64,000 bases of DNA from Takakia lepidozioides (Eukaryota; Plantae; Bryophyta): NCBI GenBank assembly GCA_030704615.1, contig CM060734.1, positions 54,870,001-54,934,000 of the forward strand, in the 5' to 3' direction. Positions 50,398 to 62,040 of this stretch are shown in pieces. Below the pieces are notes generated by a model, which searched no databases, had not been told where the DNA came from, and saw only the letters and a list, made by a program, of their open reading frames with translations. The first letter of the stretch is position 1. Every line of letters starts with the position of its first letter. A program made the translations under genes and the position numbers.

Positions 50398-51700
50398 TTA
50401 TTGGTGTTTGTCTAGAGAACGTCTATCAATGAAAAGTGGATGTGAATTGGGGGGAAAGAACTTCGTTAAAACAAACTCATCCTCCTTCGTGTTCATTACG
50501 CAACAGGACATTGTACTTTCTGAAATATCTTGTGCCCGTGGACAAAAACCATCCCCAAACCACCCATGATTTACCGAGATTTGGATGAGGGAGGAGACTT
50601 CTCGAAAAATAAAGTTGGCAAATCTGGGGCGTGGCTGTCGCCTACAGTTCCGCGGAAGCTGCCTTACGTCAGCCATGAAGACAACATATTCAGTCCGGAT
50701 CATACCTTATCAAAGTGTTAACCGGACTCTTTGTCTGGATGTGAAATCCGGCCCTCTTATGAATCTGGACCCACACTCTATCCCTGGTCCTTCAGCTATC
50801 CATGCCTGTGTAAAAACCATGAATACATCTTCAGCCTTGCTGCTAGCAACTGAAGCAGCTGACACTGACGGCGTGAAGTTCTTCGAGGAAACACCCCAAC
50901 CCTACCTACAGTAACATGTCAAAATCACTACAAAACCACCATAGATTCACCAACGAGCTTCTCCACATATGTTATCTGTTTTTGGATAATTCCTGCTACC
51001 ACATTGGCAATAACTCCAGGTTGGGCTTTAGGGCAATGTTCAAACTGACATCTAGTCCTCATTTAGTACAGTTCCAACTTTGACGAGGTCACCATAAACC
51101 AGTAAACAGATGCAAAGAGCAAAGGAGGATGTACAATTACCCGATGTCTAAGCATCGCAGCTCCATGCATGTAAGCCCCCAAGCATTTCTGATCCTCACA
51201 ACGGGAGTAGACCTAGAGGGGGTTGTGTCCAAAACTATATTGTTTGGTGCCCAAAGACTGTCCTTTGAAAATGAGGTTAGATATATATAAACTACCCTAG
51301 ACTTGTTTTCAATCTATGACAAGAGCAAGGACCCGATCTCATGATCTGCAAACCCTCTTCAGGAACATCAAGAACAGAGTTCATGCACGCCATGTTCACC
51401 AACTTCAAAAATCTCGAGGATGAGCCCCAAAGCCTTGGTCATGTTGAGGTCTATCTTTGGGGCCGCTCACACAACAGATTGATGCCTATGTGAAGGGCTT
51501 TGTTAAGGAAATCTGGAAAGCCCAACAATTGTTTATACCAAGGTTCCCCACTGTCATTGCCTTAATTGAACCTTGTTGCACTCTCTCTCCCCACCCCACA
51601 TAGAGAGTATCAAGGGGGGAAGGGAGGGGGCCCACCTACCCTCCACACTAGACTAAGATTTCTGGACTGGGCAAGAAGCTACATTCGACCAATAAACAGA
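50398..51700 (-). mobile_element. Degraded LINE ORF2 remnants, possibly interleaved with PPR debris near 50940-51170
   Basis: Fragments resembling the GDxxTxxFF region and the endonuclease SRLDR region. Many stops. Confidence 0.3.
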
Positions 51701-51739
51701 TGCAGAAAGATGTAGAAAGCCCTAAATATTGCTTATACT

Positions 51740-52600
51740 AAGGTAAGTCACGTCCTTGCCATTTTTCAGAGGTAACAGGCAGCTTGTACACGCATGCAAA
51801 CTCAAACAAACCTGATGTGGTTGTGTTGAGCACTGATGCCCCTTAATTCCTACATCACTTCCTCAGAGGGCTACAAAGCCTCCATGATCCCGCGGCCCTA
51901 TACTTATACACATGTATCCTGCGATCATAGTGCTCCACGACACCACATTTTGTTCAGCCATATTGTCAAACACCCCCTTTGCATTCTCCTTGCACCCACA
52001 GTTGGCATAAATATCCACGAGTGTATGATTCAGAATGAAATCTAATACAGTTCCAGTTTTGACAAAGTCACCATGGATTTTTTGCCCTTTCCGGGGCTGT
52101 TAGGCTTGCATACGCAAACGAGACCTGATGTGGTTGGGTTGAACACATCTTAATTCATGCATCTTGCTCGGAGGTCTCCAAAGCCTCCATCCCACGCCCC
52201 TGTTGTACATATCCTGCGATCATAGTGCTCTAGACACGACACCACATTTTTTTGTTGAGCCATAATATCGAACACCACTTTATAATGTCACCATGGACCT
52301 TATAATTGTCATTTTCTAGGGCTGCCAAGCTTGCACATGCAATGCGTATTGCAAACACAAAGAAACCTGATGTGGTCAATGGGCTAAACACACCTTAATT
52401 CATGCACCATTTGCTCAGAGGTCTTCAAGGACTCCATCCCGCTATACATATCCTGCAATCATGGGCTCCATGATCACACCACATTTCATTCAGCCATATT
52501 GTTGAACGCTCCCTTTGCATCCTTGATGCACCCACATTTGGCATCCATATCTTCCAGCAGGCTCGCACATGCACTACAAACTCAAACAAACGTAACTTCT
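51740..52600 (-). pseudogene. Decayed PLS-type PPR gene fragment
   Basis: The apparent 230-320 bp repeats translate on the minus strand as NVVSWSTMIAGY, AKCGCIKDAKGAFNNMAE and ACASLAALE. Confidence 0.75.
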
Positions 52601-52608
52601 ATCCGCCA

Positions 52609-53030
52609 TTAGAAATGCTCCTGTGGGCCGAAATTATCCGTTACGACTATGCAATTGTAACAAACATCTTGAAGTTGTTCCCTTGGTGGTTTCAGACATG
52701 CAGTCGATTCGGAAAAGACACGATTCCTTCTAGTGGTTCCAAAACTGGAGCCAATCTCAAGGAGCGAGGTAAGGTATGTAGGTGGGAGGAAGGGGATGGC
52801 TATCACCCTTGGCTTCCATAAAATCCCTTTCTTGTGCCCCCAGTCATGAATCCATGGAAACATGAAGACCTTTTCAGCTGAGTGGTTGGTGTTGAAGCGC
52901 AAGGCTTTGTCCGCTTCAAAGGGGAAGCTGAACAAATCGCTGTAAGGGGAAAACAGGTGATCAGAAACACACTTGAATTTCGCAAATAGAGTATAGAATG
53001 TGCGGGGGAAAGAGACAACAAGCGAAGAGG
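52609..53030 (-). mobile_element. LINE ORF1-like remnant
   Basis: FPFEADKALRF...VFMFPW...PFLPPTYLTSLLEIGSSFG resembles the DUF4283 region. Confidence 0.4.
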
Positions 53031-54365
53031 CAAGGCGAATTGGATGAACTGTAGACGGGAATGAACGCAAGTAAAGGAGGATGAACACGGATGAACAAAG
53101 CAAAGGATAAAGGTCTTGGTTCACTTCGTGGATCAGGATGGATGTAGTATGAACAGTCAGCATGAGGAGAATACATTCATCAAGTAAGACGTTGCTTGAG
53201 CGCCATACCACGATGGATGAGGACACTGGATGAACTACGCATGAACAGAATGGATGCACATCATTGATCTAATGTTGATCAACGACTTCTATCTATCTCA
53301 TCATTTTTTTTGTTTTTTTTTTAATGATCTTCTGTCTGCTCCCTTGTACCCTGCAGCAGTCTTTGGAAATCGCTTCTTCCCCAAGTCCCTACTTTCTAAT
53401 CACTGCCCCAGCATCTACTAATCAGCCGAGCCTTCCCTGGTCGTGCCTGCTGACTAAGCACTAAGTTATGGACATGTGGCCCTGATCCATGTATTGATAA
53501 TATCTTAAGAGCCCAAAACTTAATTACATGGGTACGCTTAGTCACGCGCCTTAGTGTCACAAGACGGCGATGGAGACAGAGGAGAAGAAATATGGATTAG
53601 ACTGAGTAGGTTAGTGAAGCGATTAGTGAGATGCTTGTATAGTGTACAGAACGTGTTGATACCAGACTGCCTTCGCAATAAGCTGTGTGATATAGAGGAG
53701 ATAGATTGGATTTTACGAGAAAAAACATGTACAAGTTGAAACCAATGATCAAGAGAGCAATGCTTTCTAGAACGTTTGCGCTGCAATAAGTGTAGAGAGA
53801 ACGGAAAGAGACAAGAAGAGGTTAACTGATCTGGATCGTAAGCAAAACCGATCTGTGCAGGCCCTGTAAATGACAGATCGAGATTATAGGTAGAGATGCA
53901 ACGATGCGTAGCATGTATTGAGGGACAGATTGCACAAGTAAACAGAGTAGCCAAGGGTCACTGCCATAAAAGATGCATGGAATGTGAGTTAAGTGATGAC
54001 CCGTGCACATGGTGAACCAAGCATAAGAGATAACGGAGTGCGGGTGCTGCAGGCAGGAGCCCTACGAGGGGTTGACATATCTTTTCTGAGCATTTGTCAT
54101 GCCACAAACGGAATGGTAACATGATGTTTAACAAATGAATGAGCAGTAGAATGGTCCAGTCTAGGTGTCATGATGTTTTCCTGCTTCCGCTGCGGCTCAT
54201 GTAGCATCGAAATTGGACTGACAGGTTGTCTGATCAAGAGGGAACAGATAGATTTACCCCGGGTGGTGAAACAAGGCCCCCATTTTTTGTATCAAAGCTG
54301 CTGATCGCGGCCATTTCAAGTTCAAACTGGCGCAAGAGAGAGCTGGCGATTTAGTAGCACAATGG

Positions 54366-54563
54366 ATGCACAGTTCTAACTATATAACTCAAGGGCCAGA
54401 CATAGGTGACTTGGTGTTACGTATAGAAAGCTTTGGTCGCATCTCACTTGCAGGTTTGAATCCGCTGTCTTTCTATTGTATGCCGGGAGATATAGCGATT
54501 CGTATTGTGGACACTGGTGGAGGAACATATGCTAAGGCATGGATACTATGCCATGATATATAG
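54366..54563 (+). CDS. Small beta-rich ORF a (paralogue of b and c); probably shortened by a premature TAG
   Basis: PDIGDLVLR...GDIAIRIVDTGGGTYAKAW. Read-through gives KHLGR, similar to DTIGR in ORF b. Confidence 0.55.
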   Translation: MHSSNYITQGPDIGDLVLRIESFGRISLAGLNPLSFYCMPGDIAIRIVDTGGGTYAKAWILCHDI

Positions 54564-54610
54564 AAACACTTGGGCAGATGAGGGATATGATGTTATAAAT
54601 CACACCAGTC

Positions 54611-54964
54611 ATGTCCGATCAGTCCATTTCGAACGACGAATCTGACATTAGGAATCAGCCAATAGAACATACACTGGATGATGCAGATCCCGAGCTAGCA
54701 GCACTGCACGGGCTTCCCGAACCAGGGGATGTCTTTGTGGATCTGAGGCCAACGGACAATAATAGATACAATTTATGGACAACGGGACAGATAGTAGAGT
54801 TCAAAGAAGGTGATGTGCTCATCCGCTTGGAGCACCAAGGATATAAGTCTAGGATGCTTGTATGGGAAATGATAGATACCATCGGTAGAGGTAGAGAGTG
54901 GTTAGTCACCAAACATGAGATCTTGTCATACAAGAACCCACTAAGGGGAGTAGTTAGACACTGA
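54611..54964 (+). CDS. Small beta-rich ORF b, SH3/Tudor-like candidate
   Basis: PEPGDVFVDL...WTTGQIVEFKEGDVLIRLEHQGYKSRMLVW; ATG-to-stop, 117 aa. Confidence 0.6.
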   Translation: MSDQSISNDESDIRNQPIEHTLDDADPELAALHGLPEPGDVFVDLRPTDNNRYNLWTTGQIVEFKEGDVLIRLEHQGYKSRMLVWEMIDTIGRGREWLVTKHEILSYKNPLRGVVRH

Positions 54965-54979
54965 TAACACTAGTGAAAC

Positions 54980-55288
54980 ATGCCAGGTGATCTGGATCAG
55001 ACATCATTGACTGATCATCTAGAAGTAGGAGATGTGTTGATTTCATATAGTTTAGATCCGTCGCCATATACTAACCCAAGACCAATGTTTTACCACCAAT
55101 CGTCAAGAGCGCATAATGGAGACCTCTGTGTACGAGTCATACATGTTGGAAACCGGGTAACAGTAGTATTATGGGTCAGAGCGGCATATGCTTGGGTAAT
55201 GGTTTCCGCCATGTCAAAAAGAGTAACAGTAAGCGGACGGGATGAAGCACTTCAGAACAAAGTATGGAGTCCAAGCACTAGAAATTAG
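54980..55288 (+). CDS. Small beta-rich ORF c (paralogue of a and b)
   Basis: LEVGDVLISY...GDLCVRVIHVGNRVTVVLW; ATG-to-stop, 102 aa. Confidence 0.6.
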   Translation: MPGDLDQTSLTDHLEVGDVLISYSLDPSPYTNPRPMFYHQSSRAHNGDLCVRVIHVGNRVTVVLWVRAAYAWVMVSAMSKRVTVSGRDEALQNKVWSPSTRN

Positions 55289-55360
55289 GACATGAAAGAG
55301 TAATTTAGAATAGAGTTGTTTTCAATTTCAAGAAAAACCGAAGAAAAGTGACGTAACAAA

Positions 55361-56180
55361 ATGGCTAGCCTGTCAGGGGTAGATGCACCCTATTATGGTA
55401 GGGAATCAGAGGATGTGGTTGATTGGATCGAGAAATTACAAATGGCGGGAGATGTAAGAGAGTTATCAGATGACAAGATATTTAAGGTGGCAAGGTTAAA
55501 CCTCAAAGGTAAAGCAGATGACTGGTATAGGCATCAAAACCCGAAATCAATAGATTGGGAGAATTTACAAGTGGCCATGTTGGCAAAGTTTGGGCATGTG
55601 GATATGGCGGATTTAAAGATGAAATTGGACGAAGTGACCAGGAACTAAAACGAAGGGTTCACGCTTACTTTGACCGACTTAATCGGTTGTTTGTCAAAGG
55701 GCAAATTCCTGAGTTAGAACAACATCGAAGGTTTATGGGGGGTCTTAGGCATGAGATAATGAAGTTGATGCTAGGAACCCGATTTCAGAGTGTCGATGAA
55801 GAAGTGGAAACAGCCATGGATGTGGAGAGATGATTATCCAAGATTGGAGAAACACCCTTCGAACCTTTGGACGGGGAAGACGTAGGAGAGGTTTTGGGAC
55901 TGGGCAGGTTGATCAGCGCCTACATGCTTTGAATCTAACACTAAGTAAGTATTTTGAAAAGAAGAGTGTATACACGGAAGGTTCTGGTAGTCAGACTCTA
56001 GTTCGGGGAATTCGGTTGTGTAACCTCTGCAAGCAGGAGGGTCATGTGGCTGCATACTGTCCAACACAGAAGACTCCAGTGAAATGTGCAAAATGCAATC
56101 ACTATGGTCACATGACATAAACTTGTGGAATCACATGTACCTTTTGCAAGGTTCTAGGGCACTTCGAACCAGACTATAGG
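55361..56180 (+). pseudogene. gag: Gag, frameshifted
   Basis: EDVVDWIEKL...LNLKGKADDWY, RFMGGLRHEI, CNLCKQEGHVAAYC, CAKCNHYGH, CTFCKVLGH. Confidence 0.82.
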
Positions 56181-56590
56181 TTGAAAAAGGAACAAGGTGC
56201 GAATGCATTACCTTCTAACAATCTGCTTGAGATTATGTGTGACGATAAAGATGCAGTCTTGGAACAGCTGAATCAGTTAATGGCACATCACGATATCAAA
56301 GAGATACGTCGACTTCCCAGGGTGCGAACACCGGTGGCAACCCCAAATCTCAAGGGAGGTCCTAATCTACAAGGCGAAGACATGGCTTCATCACAGAAAG
56401 AAGTGCCAAAGGAACAAACGTGGCCCTCGGGCCAATTCCTCTTCCCAAGAAGATCTGAGAAACACCCAGAATTTGAGACAAGAAGATCAAAAGTACTGAA
56501 TCATTTCTACAAAGGACGTATATCCATGTTACCAATGGAGGTCATCATGCACGTGCCAGGAGAGTTCGAAAAACTGAAGACGCGGAAAAC

Positions 56591-59500
56591 AGAAAAACGT
56601 GGAATAACCACTGGCCCTTTAACCACTACTGTCTTTTCCCACTCTATAAACCACTAGTAACCACTTGCCAGTGGTTAATCTCGATGAAATGTCATGGTGG
56701 CATCACAGACAGTGGTTGGAAATGGTTTCAACCACTTAGTAGTCCATGTGTAATAATTTGTTTTTATTTATTATTTATTATTTGGTAATATATTTTAATT
56801 AATTAATATAATATTCCACGTGGACGAGTGTAGTGGTACATTGTGAGTGGTTATAGACACCTCAGTGATGGGAAGTGGTTGAAACCACTTGCTACTCTAC
56901 GTGTAATAATTCAAAATTTATTTATGATTTATGATTTGGAAATCTATTTTAATTAATAAATATAATATTCCGCGTGGACACGGACAGCACACGTTGATCT
57001 TGAGTGGTTAAAGACACCTCATTGATTTGTACCACTTTGACAGTGGTGGAGAGTGGGTGGTGAAAGACACTACAGTAATTGGAACCACTATTCTAGTAGT
57101 CGCTCATGAGTGGTTGCCTACACAATAGTGATTGGTACCACTTTTGTGGTGATACATGAAAAACTTTAAGTGGTTTGTGCACCTGTGACAGACTTTGAAA
57201 AACAGACAAGTGTCCAGACCATTGTAGGATGATGCTATTGAACAAATGGTTCCAACAATAAACTTTATTCTGAATCTGAAACATATTTGTCACCCTCTGA
57301 ATCACTTTCCTCAACTGGAATAGCGGTTGGTTGTACAAATGGGCCACTTAAATGCAGGTAGCCAGTGGTACATAATGAGTGGTTAAAGACACCGCAGTGA
57401 TTGGTATCACTTGGACGGTGGTAGATTGTGAGTGGTTAAAGACACCTTAGTGACTGGTACCACTCTTGTGGTGATACATGAAAATGTTTAAGTGGTTTGT
57501 GCACATGTGGCAGACTTTAAAAAACATACAAGTGTCCAAATCATTGTAGGATGATGCTATTGAACCGATGGTTCCAAACAATCAATTTTATTCTGAATCT
57601 GAATCACAATATTCATTCTCTGAAGCACTTTCCTCAACAATGTTTGGTCATACAAAACTAGCTTGAAATATGGTAGCCAACATTTTCACAGATTCTCACC
57701 TCTTTGTCATGGTAGGCATGATGGTACATCCACAAGCTGTAGTGCCTTTGGATGAGAAGCAGTCCCCTCACAAAGTATACCGCTCGTTTTCTCAAGAGCA
57801 TACCATTTCTTTGCCTGCCAGAATGCTATGCTATCATTTTAACTCTGAAACAGAATCCACTTGTCATGTAGGGTTGGAATAGCCCTGCTTGAATTACCAT
57901 CACACACTTTCTTATGATGTGGGCGACAACATGAGATTACCATGATTAATTATTTTCATTAGCTATGTCAAGTCGCAATCTCAAGCTTAGAATGGAACCT
58001 CAAGGCTGGCTTGGTAGAGCAGGGACTATTCCCCTTTGGGTGCTTATTACTTGTATTCTTACCTCTGGGCTTGCAATTTTGTGCAACAAGCCTGATGGAC
58101 TGGAGAAGGCTTATGTAAGGCTGACAGCTAATTATGATGCACTGGATATGACAAACAAGATATGTATCATCTAGAATGGTTCTTCTTGTTTGGAACTGGG
58201 TTGGTTTGAGAGGTGTTTTGTAAGTTTTGTAGTTTGCAAAATGCTTTTCAATTTAATCCATAAACGTGTGTTAAAATGTTTGGCTTTAGTGAACAGTTAT
58301 GTTTTGATAGCTTTGATAGTTATGTGCTAATGACTGCTTTTGAAGACACCTTCTTCAATTTCACCCTGTTTTTCCCTCTTATCAGAATTGCCCCTAATTA
58401 TTCATGTCTGAATTCTGCAAGTTAGCTGGTCGAGTGAAGCTTTGATAGTTTGAGTGACTTTGACATGATACTGCCAATGTGACAATGGGAAAGTATCCAG
58501 AAACAGATAACAGAGACGAGGAGAAGCTGTGGAATGAATACTTTTATGACCCCAGTCAATGGTAGGACAATCGAGGCAAGAAGGTGAATGTTTGTTGGAT
58601 TATAGAGAGTAGCAGATGCAATTGAGCATACGAACTAGTGTGATAAGTTGACTTTAATGGTGTTTGCTAGAACAAATCTAGGCTGTCATCAGCTGCTAGC
58701 AACAAGGCAATGATGTATGCATGATTTGTGCAGAGGCATGGATAGTTGAAGGAGCAGGAATAGAGTGACATGGGTGCATATTCACCCAAGAGGGCCGAAC
58801 TTCAAGCTCCAAATTGACTATGTAGCTACAAGAAACCTGCATGGGTAGATGGTCAATTGGCAGCAACGGCACAATTTATAAAATCAGACACTGCTAATGA
58901 AGACATCTTCTTCAACACATTTCACCTTATTTTTCCTCTTATCAGAATCGGCCCTAAATTTCCATGTTAAATTCTGCAAGTTAGCTGGTTGAGTGAATCT
59001 AGTTTGGAGTGACTTTGACATGATACTGCCAACGTGACAATGTTCAGGAAAGTATCAAAAAACAAGTAACAGAGATGAGGAGAAGCTGTGGAATGAATAC
59101 TTTTCTGCCCCAGTCAATGATGGGACAACCGAGGCAAAAAGGTGAATGTCTGTTACATTTCATAGAGTAGTAGACGCAATTCAACATAGGAACTAGTGTG
59201 TTAAGCTGAGTTGGGTGTTTCTTACAATGAATCTAGGTTGTCATTGTCAGCTCCTAGCAGCAAGGCAAGGATGAATGCATGATTTGTGCAGGGGCATGGA
59301 TAGCTGAAGGAGCAGTGATAGAGTGTGGGTCCAGATTCATCCTAGTGGGCCAGATTTCAAGCACAAGATTTATCAATAGCTATAAGAAACCTCCATGGGT
59401 AGATGGTCTATTCCGTGGAACTCAATCCGCCACTGAAGTCTTGCATTATGAGGATCAGAACTGCTTGGCAGCTTACTTGCACGAGGCCTTGACCCTTAGA

Positions 59501-60243
59501 CAATCCCCAGAGCAGTAGTAGTTTTTGGGCTGTTTTTTTACTTTGTTTTTTTCATTTTGTCCCATAAGCTCTTTGAGCTTTCCGCAAATGTAATAAAGTA
59601 CCATTTTGTTTCATTTTCATATCATTTTGTTTCATGGCATGTTTTTCATCGTTTGTGCATTTCTAATGCATGATTAGTTCTCTTATATGGCATTGCATGC
59701 GTATGTATTAGTCGGCTCACTACAAACACCAAAACTTCAAAGTATAAACCACTATGAATGATTGTTCAAGTAATTTTGAGCAATTCATTTAAAGTAGTAA
59801 AGCATCTGGTTGCGCCGACTTCCGTAGTCGCAGTTGCCACTGTGCATGTAGCACTGCAAGTCATGTGGTCGACTACCGCGTGGCGACCCGAGCTTGTGGC
59901 CACGTGGCAGCAGTGTTGCTCGTCACGGCACCGCCACATCATCGTCCATGTGTCACTGCGGCTCACTGAGTCATTCCCCTCATGCGGAGGGAAAAGTCAA
60001 AGTCAGACACACGGGCGGCTGGCCTGGTTACGACACGTGGTTCTCCAACAATAATGGGAATTAAAGTTTCGCAGTCGTTCAAGCGTCTGCGGCCTTTACC
60101 ACTCCAATCATTGTATGTCCGATCCAACTTCCATGTCTGTTGTAACTAGTCGTTTACTACTTCAGTTGATCCCCGGTTTTTTGTTCATTACGACTCAAAA
60201 TGAGTCGTTTCCCCAGTTGTAAATGACATGATTCCTTCTAGTG
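56591..60243. mobile_element. Non-autonomous CACTA element with captured gene fragments
   Basis: Right terminus TTCTAGTG at 60243 (reverse complement CACTAGAA) with ACGACT/AGTCGT subterminal repeats. Dense ACCACT/AGTGGT repeats at 56.6-57.5 kb. No intact left CACTA seen. Confidence 0.6.
58505..59410 (+). pseudogene. Two tandem OSB-type PDF-motif units with intron
   Basis: DEEKLWNEYFYDPSQW*DNRGKK|intron|IHPSGPDFKHKI...KKPPWVDG matches the PDF motif of organellar ssDNA-binding proteins. Confidence 0.75.
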
Positions 60244-60265
60244 AACCTTCATAGGGGCCATCAAC

Positions 60266-62040
60266 GTGTATGAGCCTGTCCAAGACCAGATTTTGAGTGT
60301 GGACAATGAGGCAATCCACTTTGATTACAACACGGACAACGGCGTGCCCAAGATGGTCATCCTCATGCCTGAAAATGCCAGGATAGGGTCCTCAATCAAG
60401 CTGCCAACGCTTGACGATTCCTATATAGTAGTGGCAATCAAGGAGGAGGTCATCAATGTCATTTGCTTCCTATGTAATAGAGAAGGTCACTTAAAGGCAG
60501 ACTGCCCAAACACAAAAGTCAAGGCCACTTCTCCCAGCCTCCAGATTCCACTTTCCAATAGGATCAAATGCTCCAAGGGCTGGGAGCTACAGCAGCAGCA
60601 GGTGTAATTGGGTAGATCCCAGTTTTGGAAGAAATTTGCACCACAAAGAAGAGAAAGTGAGTTGGAGACCCCACCAAAGCAGCTCCTCCCACATGATCTG
60701 GCTTCTTTCCTGTAAGAATCATGGAGGCTTGGGCTTCATTCCCCTTCACAGAAGCAGAACTACATCAGCTTGATAGCACCAGCATGGCCATTGCCTTTTT
60801 GGAGCTCAACTCCTTCAAATCTAGGCCTCTCCCCGACTGGGAACGGGGCTCCTCCTATGCCAGGGACAAAGCTGCTGTCTGTGTCACGCCGCTGCTGTAC
60901 AACTTCATCGATGACTACACCAACTTTTTTCTCCCAAGCATCAAAGATGGTTTCCAGTCAGCTTGGGTATTGGAGGCGCTGGCCAATGACTATGGTCGTG
61001 GTAAATAAAGGGAGATCACCTTGGCTCTAACTCAATCCATTCTCAAGGATTTCTTCCCAAAGCTAAATCTCTCCTTGCTGCACATTATGGATATTGGTAT
61101 CATGGTTGAAAACAGTGACTCTCATGCAGATCTCGCAATTGTGTATGTTATGCTGTGAATACAAAGCTTTATTGCAAAATTTTGTATGGGGAGCTAACAA
61201 ATCAGGCCAAAAGGTCAGGCCACAGGTCTCCTGGAGACAGATCTGCCAGCCAAAAAAACTAGGAGGACTGGGGGTTCTGGACCCGGAAATCCAAATCACA
61301 GCCCTCCTCGGGAAGTGGCTGCCAAGATTCTTAGGCCCAGAAGGAGGCTGGTGGAAGTTTTTGGTGGTAGGAAATCTGATGACGGCAAGCCCCCTCAAGA
61401 CCTCTAAATGGCAACCCTCCATTCGCTGGATCACACATGGATTCAAGCACAAAATGGTGGGATCGTCCCTATGGAACGTCAACTGGAAAGCTTGGGTTGC
61501 ACTGAGACCATTTCTCTGTAAAAAAGAGCCAGAAACTTACGAGGAAACCCTCCGCCAACACCTATTTTTGAACACCAACGCGCCCACACCAACTGGAAAA
61601 TTGCTGGCAAAAAAATGCTCTGCCTGGGACAGCAGGGGCATCAGTGAACTAAAACACCTGTGGTCGCCTACAGGCTTCCTGCATATTAACACAATTAGCC
61701 CTATACTGGGGTCAATCAGAGCCAAGGTCGGGCTTCAGACGGTCATAAATTCTATACCTCAAACCTGGACCGTGTCTCTGCAGGCGGGACCAATTACCCC
61801 CTCCACGAACTTCTAGACATTCGGAGTCATAAGCAACAGACTCACCATCCTATTGGTGATTTTTGCCACAGACACCAACTTCTCAGGGTTCGCTTACCAT
61901 ATCAACCTCGAAACTCTAGTTCTGATCTTGGTTTCTCAATCCAAAACCCTCTTCCCTCATTTCAATCATACCCCGGTGAGAATATGCAACTGGTCATCTA
62001 AGTTCAAGGAGTTTGATCCCCAACCACCTCTTAGCGTACT
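60266..62040 (+). mobile_element. Internally deleted L1-type LINE remnant
   Basis: ORF1 knuckle CFLCNREGHLKADC. ORF2 C-terminal NFVWG...VSWRQICQPKKLGGLGVLD...ALLGKW. Confidence 0.78.

Larger units (their letters stand above)
53555..56590 (+). mobile_element. 5' part of a Ty3/Gypsy-like LTR retrotransposon (putative LTR 53555-54077, three extra ORFs, gag), truncated
   Basis: TGTCA...TGACA 523-bp segment, then ORFs and a gag with three CCHC-type knuckles. Cut at about 56590 by CACTA-like repeats. No second LTR is present to confirm it. Confidence 0.65.

Noticed and set aside
51740-52600. Non-coding satellite or CRISPR-like array
   Set aside because: The units translate as decayed PPR motifs on the minus strand. 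No constant repeat-spacer structure or cas genes occur anywhere in the window.
56588-56600. AAC as the 3-bp TSD of the 56.6-60.2 kb CACTA
   Set aside because: AAC occurs on both sides, but the left CACTA is missing and the right flank is LINE rather than a continuation of the gypsy element, so it cannot be confirmed.
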